In this document: positions 55,524-63,433 of the stretch, piece after piece
Layout of the letters: each line of letters begins with the position of its first letter
Numbering within the stretch: position 1 is the first letter of the stretch
Virus record (IMG/VR): IMGVR_UViG_3300042556_001828
Coordinates: 9,373-73,372 of that record
Direction: 5' to 3' (one strand)
From: a virus
Length of the DNA: 64,000 nucleotides
The notes under the pieces: model-generated
Database searches by the model: none
What the model saw: only the letters and a program-made list of their open reading frames with translations
Told to the model about the DNA's origin: nothing
Position numbers and translations under genes: made by a program

Positions 55524-55985
55524 TCAGGCTCGCGTAGCTTGCCGGCTCGTGCGGCGAGCTACGCGATCAATCGCAGCGAATACAGGAGTTAACTCCTGCA
55601 GGGTTTGGTACTTTCGGCGGACGCGCTGGAACTCTTCCAGCCCCTGCTCAAGCAATTGCGCCCGCATGTCTTCGTCACTCATCACGTCCTCTAACGTGCG
55701 GTAACCGCCGCCAGCGTAACGATCCGACTTGAGCGAGACATACATCGGCACCGTCACATCGCCGCCTTCGGTGGGCAGCACATTGATATTTAAACGGATA
55801 ACTCGTCGCGCCTGCTCCAGACGAAACTGGTGCGCCGCTTTCGTGTTATTCCATTCAAACTCTCTGTGCAGCGCCGTGTCACGGTTACGGGCAAACTCAA
55901 CGATAGCTTCGGGCAGTAGTTGCCCGTCGTTAGCGTTACGGATTTGCTCCAACTCTGCCCGAATCCGATCTCTGTTCTCTGACAT
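55524..55985 (-). CDS. Partner protein of the RAMP-like gene
   Basis: 153 aa from MSENRD (AAGGA RBS); ELEQI...GQLLPEAIVEFAR...LHREFEWNNTKAAHQFRLEQARRVIR; lies between the RAMP gene and the array. Confidence 0.8.
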   Translation of the reverse strand: MSENRDRIRAELEQIRNANDGQLLPEAIVEFARNRDTALHREFEWNNTKAAHQFRLEQARRVIRLNINVLPTEGGDVTVPMYVSLKSDRYAGGGYRTLEDVMSDEDMRAQLLEQGLEEFQRVRRKYQTLQELTPVFAAIDRVARRTSRQATRA

Positions 55986-55999
55986 CACGTGTCCTTTCT

Positions 56000-56755
56000 T
56001 TAACCGCGAACACACTCAAAGTGGCCCCAACCCATGCCGCATGAGTTGGGAGAATCAGCCCGACCCTCGCCAATGCCGACTTGCATACCCGCGCGGAGCA
56101 TGAGATTGGCAATGTCAGCCGGAGTGAACATATCCGCGTCAAAGCGGATACGCACCTTAGCTTCCCACGTGTCATACATGGCCCGAACCCGGATGTCGGC
56201 GACACCCGTGGCGTTGCGAACCGTGTGCTCGACGTGCCGCGGGACTGCATTCACGAGCTTACCACGTGAATCGCGGGCGTGAAGCCGGATCAGCGGCGTC
56301 CCCTCGACGCTGTCAAACCCGTCGGCTTCCACGAAAACCGCCTTCTTGGCCTTGGTCTTGTGGAACCCGACAACCACACAGGAATCGACCAGCGCGTTGC
56401 GGAGCGCGCCAGCCGGGATACCGCGCCAGCCCTGCTTCGACCGGTGCTGGGCCTCTTCGAAGTTGGCATCGAAGTCCTTGGCTGCGCGCTTCTTGCCCTT
56501 GCTGGCTGTAGAGCCCGCCGCCTGCTTCTCGCGCATTATGTTCCGCGCCTTGGCGCCGAACGCTAGCTGGACATAAGGCGCTGTACCGCGGATCGGGATC
56601 TCCACGGTCTTGAAGTTGGGCGCCGTGATCGTGACACCCAACCGATCGGCCACAGCCGAATCACTCTTATCATCCTTGGGCGTCAGGTGTTCCACAGCAG
56701 CCTTGGGAGCCTTGGGAGCCTTCGTCTTCTTAGCACCTTTCAACAGCGTTGCCAT
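56000..56755 (-). CDS. Stand-alone Cas7/Csm3-like RAMP protein (Vipr-like)
   Basis: 251 aa; beta1 VEIPIRGTAPY; GIPAGALRNAL (cf. IPGSSLKGAL); thumb-like VRNATGVADIRVR; G-rich loop GIGEGR...GMGWGHF at the C-terminus; basic KAP-repeat N-tail. Confidence 0.75.
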   Translation of the reverse strand: MATLLKGAKKTKAPKAPKAAVEHLTPKDDKSDSAVADRLGVTITAPNFKTVEIPIRGTAPYVQLAFGAKARNIMREKQAAGSTASKGKKRAAKDFDANFEEAQHRSKQGWRGIPAGALRNALVDSCVVVGFHKTKAKKAVFVEADGFDSVEGTPLIRLHARDSRGKLVNAVPRHVEHTVRNATGVADIRVRAMYDTWEAKVRIRFDADMFTPADIANLMLRAGMQVGIGEGRADSPNSCGMGWGHFECVRG

Positions 56756-56776
56756 ACGGTTCCTTTCTTCATGTTA

Positions 56777-56814
56777 AAAAACAAAGCCCGGACAGCAACG
56801 CGCTGCCGGGCTAC
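56777..56814 (-). terminator. Terminator after tmRNA
   Basis: AGCCCGGCAGCGCGTTGCTGTCCGGGCT-TTGTTTTTT on the minus strand. Confidence 0.65.
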
Positions 56815-56820
56815 CGAAAA

Positions 56821-57162
56821 TGGAGGCGGCCGGATTTGCACCGGCGTCCAGAGTAAATTCCACAAAGACATCTACATCGTTATCGCGTTGTTCTCACACT
56901 CCGCGCAAAGCCAGCCGATTATCGGCGTCAGGTGGGCTACCACCATCTTTGGCTGTCTCTCCAGCCTGCCCGACTTCTTCCAGTCTTCCAGCGTGAGGGG
57001 CGATAGCGTCACGCGCGCTACCCGATCACTGCACTAGGCAGCGAGAGCGGGGACACTGTTGAAAGTGCCAATTAACATGTGATTAGCTTTTTACGTGGCC
57101 AGCTAATCAACCACGGCATGCAGTTCAAACCTTCCTCATCCTGTCGATACCAGTACGCCCCC
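56821..57162 (-). ncRNA. ssrA: tmRNA
   Basis: 5' GGGGGCG / 3' CGCCTCC-A acceptor with G3:U70; TCGAC 5' motif; T-arm GCCGG-TGCAAAT-CCGGC; tag ORF 57034-57069 GTFNSVPALAA-stop. Confidence 0.92.
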
Positions 57163-57168
57163 TGTTGT

Positions 57169-57582
57169 TCAATACTCTTCGATCTTTGCAAACGCCCGGC
57201 TGAAAGCCTTTCGGATATCTTTGGCTTTCTTCCTGCGCGCTTCACGTTCTGCGCATCGGAGCGCCGACTGCACAAGGCTTCTCAGCCTGTCGTTCGCTAC
57301 ATTATCCAGAAACGTGTTTTCCAGCCAAGTCAGTATCACGTTATCCGGCGCCGGGGTGTCAAGCATCTCTTTCAGCTGGGCGCCTTCCGGCGTGTTCTTG
57401 AACACGGTCATGCCGCCGCCGAGATACGCGTTATCAATCCAGTAACTCACGGCATTAACAGATACAGTAACGTGTTCGCCAATGTCGCACAGCTTAACAG
57501 CGCCGTTACCGGCGTCGCCTGCGCCTACTACCACGTCATTCCACATACCCATGAACAGCTCCTCTCTGTTAAAAAAAGTCAT
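57169..57582 (-). CDS. Hypothetical protein
   Basis: 137 aa; probable start at 57552 with a GAGGAG RBS. Confidence 0.65.
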   Translation of the reverse strand: MTFFNREELFMGMWNDVVVGAGDAGNGAVKLCDIGEHVTVSVNAVSYWIDNAYLGGGMTVFKNTPEGAQLKEMLDTPAPDNVILTWLENTFLDNVANDRLRSLVQSALRCAEREARRKKAKDIRKAFSRAFAKIEEY

Positions 57583-57726
57583 TGCCGGCTGTACCTTTGC
57601 CCGTCATGATTCGGGCAGGCAACGGCCCTGCAGCTAGGCTTCTGCTGTACACCAGCAGAATTTCCCAGCGGCAGTTGAAGAGTTTGTAACTTTATGCCGC
57701 CTTGTTGTGGCCCACTGGAGCAGCAA

Positions 57727-57798
57727 TAGCGCTACGGAGAATCGAACTCCGGTTTCGACCTTGAAAGGGTCGCGTCCTGACCACTAGACGATAGCGCC
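57727..57798 (-). tRNA. trnE: tRNA-Glu(TTC)
   Basis: GGCGCTA...CGACC-CTTTCAA-GGTCG...GTTCGATTC...TAGCGCT-A cloverleaf. Confidence 0.95.
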
Positions 57799-57804
57799 AA
57801 CTTT

Positions 57805-57969
57805 TTACGCCGCGACTCCTTGGTACTCAGCTCGCCGCCAGTGGTAGGCGCTCATACCAACCTGCATCCGACCATTTGTTACGCGCGTGTCGTACTGCGC
57901 GTTGTTGGTTTCAGCCCAGCCAACAATGAAACAAAACCGCTCGTCATCCATCACTTCTCGATAAACCAT
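57805..57969 (-). CDS. Small hypothetical protein (54 aa)
   Basis: Hand-translated MVYREVMDDERFCFIVGWAET...; GGGAG RBS; below the ORF-track cutoff. Confidence 0.55.
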   Translation of the reverse strand: MVYREVMDDERFCFIVGWAETNNAQYDTRVTNGRMQVGMSAYHWRRAEYQGVAA

Positions 57970-58000
57970 ACCTGACTCCCTTCAGTTAAAGTTATCAAAG

Positions 58001-58043
58001 AAAAAAGCGGGCGCCGGTTACTTGGGCTTTCACCGGCGCCCGC
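58001..58043 (-). terminator. Intrinsic terminator
   Basis: gcgggcgccggt...accggcgcccgc hairpin followed by T6 on the minus strand. Confidence 0.8.
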
Positions 58044-58061
58044 CCATAACAGGAGATCTAA

Positions 58062-58424
58062 TCAGCGCGCATACCGCTTGCAGGCGTACCAGCGCCCGTT
58101 GCGGAACGCCACGCCCTGATCGACCACTCGCATGCCGCTACGGCTGTAGCAGCAGGCGTTGAGCGCAGCTTCAGGACCAGAACTGGACATGCCGACGCCT
58201 TCGTAGCCCGAGTTACCACCGAAGTGGCGACACGAACCAGAACGCGCCATCATCTCAGCAACTCCCTGCGCAGTCGAGTTGCTGGGACTGCTGTAGCTAC
58301 GCACCGTCGACATGGGTGCCGGCCCCGTGTACCGCTCCACGTACACAGGTCCGTCAGCGTTCACGTTCACAGCCCACGCAAGCAGGCAACCAAGCACAAA
58401 CGCCGCGGCAAAAACATTACGCAT
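58062..58424 (-). CDS. Secreted CAP/SCP-like small protein
   Basis: Signal peptide; RHFGGNSGYEGVG...CCY...GVA...WYACKRY. Confidence 0.65.
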   Translation of the reverse strand: MRNVFAAAFVLGCLLAWAVNVNADGPVYVERYTGPAPMSTVRSYSSPSNSTAQGVAEMMARSGSCRHFGGNSGYEGVGMSSSGPEAALNACCYSRSGMRVVDQGVAFRNGRWYACKRYAR

Positions 58425-58489
58425 ATCATCCTCCATGATCTGCCGCGGGTACGCGCGGCAGGCTAAGAACAAACCCCGTACCGGGCTAA

Positions 58490-58563
58490 TGGGCACAGAG
58501 GGACTCGAACCCCCAACCCCCTCGGTGTAAACGAGGTGCTCTGACCAATTGAGCTATGCGCCC
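58490..58563 (-). tRNA. trnV: tRNA-Val(TAC)
   Basis: GGGCGCA...CCTCG-TTTACAC-CGAGG...GTTCGAGTC...TGTGCCC-A. Confidence 0.95.
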
Positions 58564-58568
58564 GCCGC

Positions 58569-58919
58569 TCAGGCAATCTCCCGCCTAAGTGTTCGCATCG
58601 AGCGGTACCAGTCCCGCAGGATACGATCGCGGATACCCAGAACACGCCGCCGAATCCACCGTCTGACACGCAGGTAGGGCGTGTTGAGCCCCTGCGCGTC
58701 CATGTACTTCTGCAGGCAGTACATGACCACTTCATCAGATGTGCCATCAAGCGTAACCGTATCGCATCTCATGCACTTATGACACGGCACTTTGCGTACC
58801 GGCACTTGGTGGAGCACGCCATCAATCCTCATGGCCCACACGTCATCCATCGTGCAGGCTTCAATATTGCCGCGGCAGCAATGACACTGCAGCGAATGAT
58901 AAACCAAGCTATCTGCCAC
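58569..58919 (-). CDS. YgiT/MqsA-type Zn-finger protein
   Basis: CHCC...VPVRKVPCHKCMRCD. Confidence 0.6.
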   Translation of the reverse strand: MADSLVYHSLQCHCCRGNIEACTMDDVWAMRIDGVLHQVPVRKVPCHKCMRCDTVTLDGTSDEVVMYCLQKYMDAQGLNTPYLRVRRWIRRRVLGIRDRILRDWYRSMRTLRREIA

Positions 58920-59124
58920 GCATTTGCTCCTTTGTGAAACGGGGAAACCGCGCGTCACAGTCTGGGCATTTATATTCCCAGACGCCATCGTACTTGTCGC
59001 GAAACACTAACCCGATCAACCGGCTAAACCGATATGGCTGGCCGTAGTGCTCGCGATCTTTTTCTGGAATCGGCCCGGCATCCCAGTTTGCGTTGCACTC
59101 CGGGCATTTACCGTGATGATCCAT
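58909..59124 (-). CDS. Small Zn-ribbon protein
   Basis: CPEC...FSRLIG...CPDC; AAGGAG RBS. Confidence 0.7.
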   Translation of the reverse strand: MDHHGKCPECNANWDAGPIPEKDREHYGQPYRFSRLIGLVFRDKYDGVWEYKCPDCDARFPRFTKEQMRGR

Positions 59125-59148
59125 GCGTGCTCCTTTTTTAGATATCAA

Positions 59149-59234
59149 TGGCCGGGGCGGGGGATGATCCCGCACGGGAATTTCTTCCCAGCGGATTTTA
59201 AGTCCGCTGCGTCTGCCAATTTCGCCACCCGGCC
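59149..59234 (-). tRNA. trnL: tRNA-Leu(TAA), non-canonical T-loop
   Basis: GGCCGGG...GCGGA-CTTAAAA-TCCGC; long variable arm; T-arm GCGGG-ATCATCC-CCCGC. Confidence 0.9.
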
Positions 59235-59240
59235 CGCCGG

Positions 59241-59534
59241 TTAGGCTTGTTCTACCCACTCGACCAGCCGTGAAGGCGACCCTGAACACTGGCTGGGCGC
59301 ACGGTTGTAAAACCATTGCACATACAGCTTGATCAGCGGCAGGTTTTCATCGTCGGCGTAGTTGACTGCGCCGCGAAGATCATTGCAGATCACAGCCATC
59401 AGAAACTGGCCCGGGCGTACATGATCGATCACGTACCGCTTGATGGCGTCCTGCATTCGTTCAGGAATGCCGGCGTACTCCCCGGTGAACCATTCTTCTA
59501 CCGGATACTCAAACTGCTGCGTTGCTGTTGACAC
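59241..59534 (-). CDS. Hypothetical phage protein
   Basis: IPERMQDAIKRYV...PGQFLMAVICNDLRGAV...AD..N, a recurrent phage family. Confidence 0.75.
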   Translation of the reverse strand: MSTATQQFEYPVEEWFTGEYAGIPERMQDAIKRYVIDHVRPGQFLMAVICNDLRGAVNYADDENLPLIKLYVQWFYNRAPSQCSGSPSRLVEWVEQA

Positions 59535-59746
59535 GCGATTTGCTCCCTTGGTTGCTGTTGATTGACCCAGATCCACCACTGACCGTTCTCGTATTTCCAC
59601 CATTGCCCGTTGTGGTATACAGGCCGGCTGGCCGGCTGTGCAAGCTGAGTCTGCTGGACCCGCTGCTGCAGCCGCTGAACACCCTGCTGGACGGTCGGCT
59701 GCACGACGGGCCAGACAAACGAAAGCAGAATCATCCACCACGCCAT
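59498..59746 (-). CDS. Small Gln/Trp-rich exported protein
   Basis: AAGGAGG RBS; hydrophobic N-terminus; YHNGQWWKYENGQWWIW. Confidence 0.6.
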   Translation of the reverse strand: MAWWMILLSFVWPVVQPTVQQGVQRLQQRVQQTQLAQPASRPVYHNGQWWKYENGQWWIWVNQQQPREQIACQQQRSSLSIR

Positions 59747-59776
59747 AATTCCCTCCTTGGAGAAAATCACGGCGCT

Positions 59777-59852
59777 TGGTGCGGCCCTTGGGACTTGCAC
59801 CCAAAACCTATCGGTTAAAAGCCGAATGCTCTACTAATTGAGCTAGAGCCGC
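59777..59852 (-). tRNA. trnK: tRNA-Lys(TTT)
   Basis: GCGGCTC...TTCGG-CTTTTAA-CCGAT...T-loop TGCAAGT...GGGCCGC-A-CCA. Confidence 0.93.
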
Positions 59853-59869
59853 ACCAAACGCCGCGAATT

Positions 59870-60137
59870 GATAATAAAAAGATCCGACATGGTTGCCGCA
59901 CTTCACGCCACCGAGTTCCCCAGCAGCGCGTTGCAACTTTTCAATACCCATACTGCAAGTAGGGGCGCGCCCGTCACATAGTTTTGCAGCCGTTGCAGCG
60001 ACTGTTGGCCTATGCGATACAGGCATGTCAGATCTTGCTCCGGTCGTTTCCCGGTCATGAGCCGGTACCATTCCAACCGTTGCGGTACCTGAGCGGTTGC
60101 TAGCCGCTCAACGCCTTGGCCTTAAACCGCGCCAAGA
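59870..60137 (-). ncRNA. Candidate structured ncRNA upstream of tRNA-Lys
   Basis: 13-bp closing stem 59879-59891/60024-60036 followed by a U-tract; several hairpins and repeated GCAA; no credible ORF. Confidence 0.45.
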
Positions 60138-60746
60138 TTAACGCACCGTGATGAACGGCGACGAGCATCTACCGTTGGGGCAGTTGCTGCGCTGTCCGCC
60201 AATTTGCGCCGTCTGTCCGCTGGCGTCAAGATCAACGCCAGACTCCACAGGAATCGGCTCTTTGACGATCCGATGCACCTTCCACTTCCCGTTTTCAAAG
60301 TGGAACTGCTGGACATACTGCACTTCCTGCCACTTTGGAATCAACGCCGAGTTGTGCCGGAAATAACCAGACAGCTCGGCGTTACCCGTCCGCGGATCGT
60401 CCTTCTGCGCTGCCGGTAGCGTGAGTTGGTTGACGTACGCATACGCCATCGGAAACTCAATTTTGACCAGCTTGAACCCTGTCAACCGCGTGTACACGTC
60501 TGTTTCATCAAACGTACTTTGGGCTTCCCGCATGAATTCCAACCCCTGCTCTCGCGTACCGCTGTGGCTTGAGCAGGTCTTCATGAGCGCCTTCAGGTTT
60601 TCGTCGTTACACGCCTGAAAGTTTTCTTCAATTACAGCCCTGCAGCCCGCTTCGACTCGCCGCGCGGCATTCGGCTCCGCTGCGGCAACTTGGCGACCGA
60701 ACAGGGCAAGCACCGCAAACAACATGAGCACTAGCGTCGTTTTCAA
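60138..60746 (-). CDS. Secreted NTF2/SnoaL-like protein
   Basis: TTG start with signal peptide MKTTLVLMLFAVLALFGRQVAAA; FHFENGKWKV; C-terminal NCPNGRC. Confidence 0.65.
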   Translation of the reverse strand: MKTTLVLMLFAVLALFGRQVAAAEPNAARRVEAGCRAVIEENFQACNDENLKALMKTCSSHSGTREQGLEFMREAQSTFDETDVYTRLTGFKLVKIEFPMAYAYVNQLTLPAAQKDDPRTGNAELSGYFRHNSALIPKWQEVQYVQQFHFENGKWKVHRIVKEPIPVESGVDLDASGQTAQIGGQRSNCPNGRCSSPFITVR

Positions 60747-60747
60747 G

Positions 60748-60925
60748 TTATCTCCTACCCACGCATATATCGGCAAAAGCGCCAAAACACGCCATGCCAA
60801 TAAATGCGCAAATGAGTTCGCTCGTTGGCCACGCTATTTGTGCGCCGATGTACCATCCAAGAACGGCTCCACCGACTGTCCACAACATAACGAACAACTC
60901 GCAAAATACCCGGTATGGCAACATA
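60748..60925 (-). CDS. Small two-TM membrane protein
   Basis: MLPYRVFCELFVMLW...; GGAGG RBS; start coordinate approximate. Confidence 0.5.
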
Positions 60926-61026
60926 GCAATATCCTCCGTGATTACCGGTCGCGCAGATCCACAAATACATATTTGCGGGGCGCAAAGAATATGCCAGTTT
61001 TTGCCGAATAATTTAGCCGCGCTCAA

Positions 61027-62115
61027 CTACTCTGGGAGCGTATACCACCCTTTATCGTACAGCTGGTGGATTTTCTTGAACGCGTCGGCATATCTGGCCC
61101 CGCACGCTTCCAAGCTATAGGTCGCCCGCGCTTCTGTGGCAATAGTCTTGCGGTCCAGATTACCCACGTTGGCTAAAGCCTCTAACCATTCAGCCAGCGT
61201 CTTGCACCGATACCCGTTCATGCCGGGCTTAACTGTCTCGGTAAAAGCCCCGTAGTCTGTAGCGATCAGGGGCGTGCCACACAACAAACCCTCGACACCA
61301 GAGCCCCCAAATGGCTCGATGAAGTTCGTGGGCATCAAGGAGCAAATAGCGTTGCGCATGAAGTCGCTGCGCTCTGTACCGGTGATTGGGCCCCTGTACT
61401 CGATGTTGGGGTGCGACCACGGTGTCGGGTCGCCTTGGCCGCACAGAACGATTTTGGGGCTGCCCTCGGGGAGGTGCCTAGCGATTTCCAATAAAGTATC
61501 TAAACCCTTGCACGTATCAATCCTGCCCAAGAACGCGTAATACTGGCCGGGCGCATAGTTGGGCTCCCAGTCTTTGATCTCAAAATAGTTGGGAATCACC
61601 CATTCGTAGTTCGTGCCCTGCCGGCCGTCTTTGCCCGCATGGTAGTGCCGCCACGCATAGCTCTCAAAGATCTTGATGGTGCCGGCTACAAGCGTGGGAT
61701 AGCCAATACCAGTCTCAATGTGGATGTTGTTGGGGAAGTCCTGCAGAAGCCGGGAATGCGCGTGCCCAAAGGGGTGGCAAATGAGATCTCTGGGTTTTAC
61801 GCGGGTCTGCATAGCCTCGACCAGCCGGCGCTCAAATTCGGTGTGGTGCGGCGTACCGATAGCCGCGATATCGCCGTGAAACGCTGTCTTGTCGCGTTTG
61901 CCGGTCATCGTTTCCAGCTCGTCTTTAGATAACAATACGACTTTCTCGTGCGCGGAACTCTCACTGCCGCCGTTTGAGTACTCAGTCACTGAGTAATCGT
62001 GCAGCTGGAGCATCTTGGGGAACCGCAGGGCTTTACCCGTAAATGCGCAGTGCGAATACTCCTGCGAATGGATCGTATGGAAAATACCGACGAGATGTAA
62101 TGTAGGCTTGGCCAT
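61027..62115 (-). CDS. GT-B (GT4-like) glycosyltransferase
   Basis: FLGRI...KGL, EPFGGSGVEGLLCGTPLIATDYGAFTETV. Confidence 0.9.
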   Translation of the reverse strand: MAKPTLHLVGIFHTIHSQEYSHCAFTGKALRFPKMLQLHDYSVTEYSNGGSESSAHEKVVLLSKDELETMTGKRDKTAFHGDIAAIGTPHHTEFERRLVEAMQTRVKPRDLICHPFGHAHSRLLQDFPNNIHIETGIGYPTLVAGTIKIFESYAWRHYHAGKDGRQGTNYEWVIPNYFEIKDWEPNYAPGQYYAFLGRIDTCKGLDTLLEIARHLPEGSPKIVLCGQGDPTPWSHPNIEYRGPITGTERSDFMRNAICSLMPTNFIEPFGGSGVEGLLCGTPLIATDYGAFTETVKPGMNGYRCKTLAEWLEALANVGNLDRKTIATEARATYSLEACGARYADAFKKIHQLYDKGWYTLPE

Positions 62116-62139
62116 GTGTCACTCCTTTGACAAGTTCGG

Positions 62140-62571
62140 TCAGTCAGCGAATGGCAGCGTTTTTTGGTCCGTCGGCGTAACCGGGCCTACCAGCTTATCC
62201 GCCGCTGCGCGAAACTCTGCCGCAAGAAGCTCCCGTTCGTGCTGGCTGCCCATAGATAACTGCAGGGTATAGTTCTGCTGCGGGCCAAACACAATCGCGG
62301 CCGTGGTGGCGTCTACGTTAATGAACGGCGCGCCAAACCGGTCGAGCAAGGCCCTGAGCGCGCTGTTCTCTCGCAGCAGCGCCTGCAGCGTACTGGTTAG
62401 CTGAACAACGCTAATCTCTTCTGGCAGGAAATTAATCCCGGCACCCTTCAGCGCCGACAGCTGCTGTACGATCTTGGACGCGATGTCTACGACAGCCTGA
62501 ATCGACAGTTCTTCCCGCGGTTGCTCAGCCGGCGCTTTGTTCCGGCAGCAGTTTGGCTTGTTACAGGGCAC
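62140..62571 (-). CDS. Hypothetical protein
   Basis: 143 aa; GGAGGAG RBS. Confidence 0.7.
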   Translation of the reverse strand: MPCNKPNCCRNKAPAEQPREELSIQAVVDIASKIVQQLSALKGAGINFLPEEISVVQLTSTLQALLRENSALRALLDRFGAPFINVDATTAAIVFGPQQNYTLQLSMGSQHERELLAAEFRAAADKLVGPVTPTDQKTLPFAD

Positions 62572-62598
62572 AGGAACTCCTCCATGAGTAAAACGAGA

Positions 62599-62865
62599 CT
62601 ACGACCTACTGCGGCGCGCACTGACGTCGCACGGGGTGATCGGCACAGACAGCGAGTCGGGCGGTGATTGTCGTTGTACTTTCGGCATGGTGCTCACGCG
62701 CAAGGATAAGTACAGCAGCCAGCACAAGACAAGAATAAGCCACATGAGCATGACGCTGATCACGTCCAACTGCGCCGGCTCTAATGGCGGACGCGGAAGC
62801 GCAGCGTCAAAGGGCTGCGGGTTGGCCTGTAATGTGTTTGGGGGCGATTCCGTGTTTAACTGCAT
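62599..62865 (-). CDS. Small membrane protein
   Basis: 88 aa, one TM; overlaps the tdk end, so the start is uncertain. Confidence 0.45.
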   Translation of the reverse strand: MQLNTESPPNTLQANPQPFDAALPRPPLEPAQLDVISVMLMWLILVLCWLLYLSLRVSTMPKVQRQSPPDSLSVPITPCDVSARRSRS

Positions 62866-63433
62866 AACAAGACGCGCAAACGGGGAGATACTTTTCTTCG
62901 CACCCTAGCTCGATAGCCGGCCCAATCATGGTTGGCTGCCCGTCGCACAGCTTAAGGTTAAATACAGCTTTTCGCAAGCAGAAGGCGCAGATAGTTTTGA
63001 TCTCTTCTATCGTGTCAGCCAGCTCCATAAGCCGCTTAGACGCTGGAAAGAGCTGCTGTCTGAAGTCAGTGCGTAAGCCGTAACATATAACTGGCACGCC
63101 TTGGCGATTATAAGGCGGGTACGTGCAGGCGTGGGCTGCGCCATGCAGCTGGTCAATAGCTTCTACAGAGAGAAACTGGGCCTCGTCGACGAGCATGCAG
63201 ACCACGTCGTTCAGGTCCAAGATATCAATAGGCCCGGAAGCGGGGACCAGAATATCAGCCTTGGCTTCCAGACCCGCGCGAGTCTTAATGATATCTTTGC
63301 CGAACCGCGTGTCGATCTCGGGCTTTAATAACAAAACGCGTTTGTTTTGCTGCCGGTAGTTATGGGCAACAGCCAATAGATTCAGAGTCTTCGCGCTGCC
63401 GACCGTGCCGTAGCGGAAATACAACTTAGCCAT
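62807..63433 (-). CDS. tdk: Thymidine kinase
   Basis: YGTVGSAKT, VDEAQF, YGLRTDF, CAFC, YLPVCASC. Confidence 0.95.
   Translation of the reverse strand: MAKLYFRYGTVGSAKTLNLLAVAHNYRQQNKRVLLLKPEIDTRFGKDIIKTRAGLEAKADILVPASGPIDILDLNDVVCMLVDEAQFLSVEAIDQLHGAAHACTYPPYNRQGVPVICYGLRTDFRQQLFPASKRLMELADTIEEIKTICAFCLRKAVFNLKLCDGQPTMIGPAIELGCEEKYLPVCASCYAVKHGIAPKHITGQPAAL

Noticed and set aside
55290-55592. Plus-strand 100-aa Pro-rich ORF
   Set aside because: It is antisense to all neighbours, and its composition is a by-product of the 5-nt periodic array. A period of 5 does not fit codon structure.
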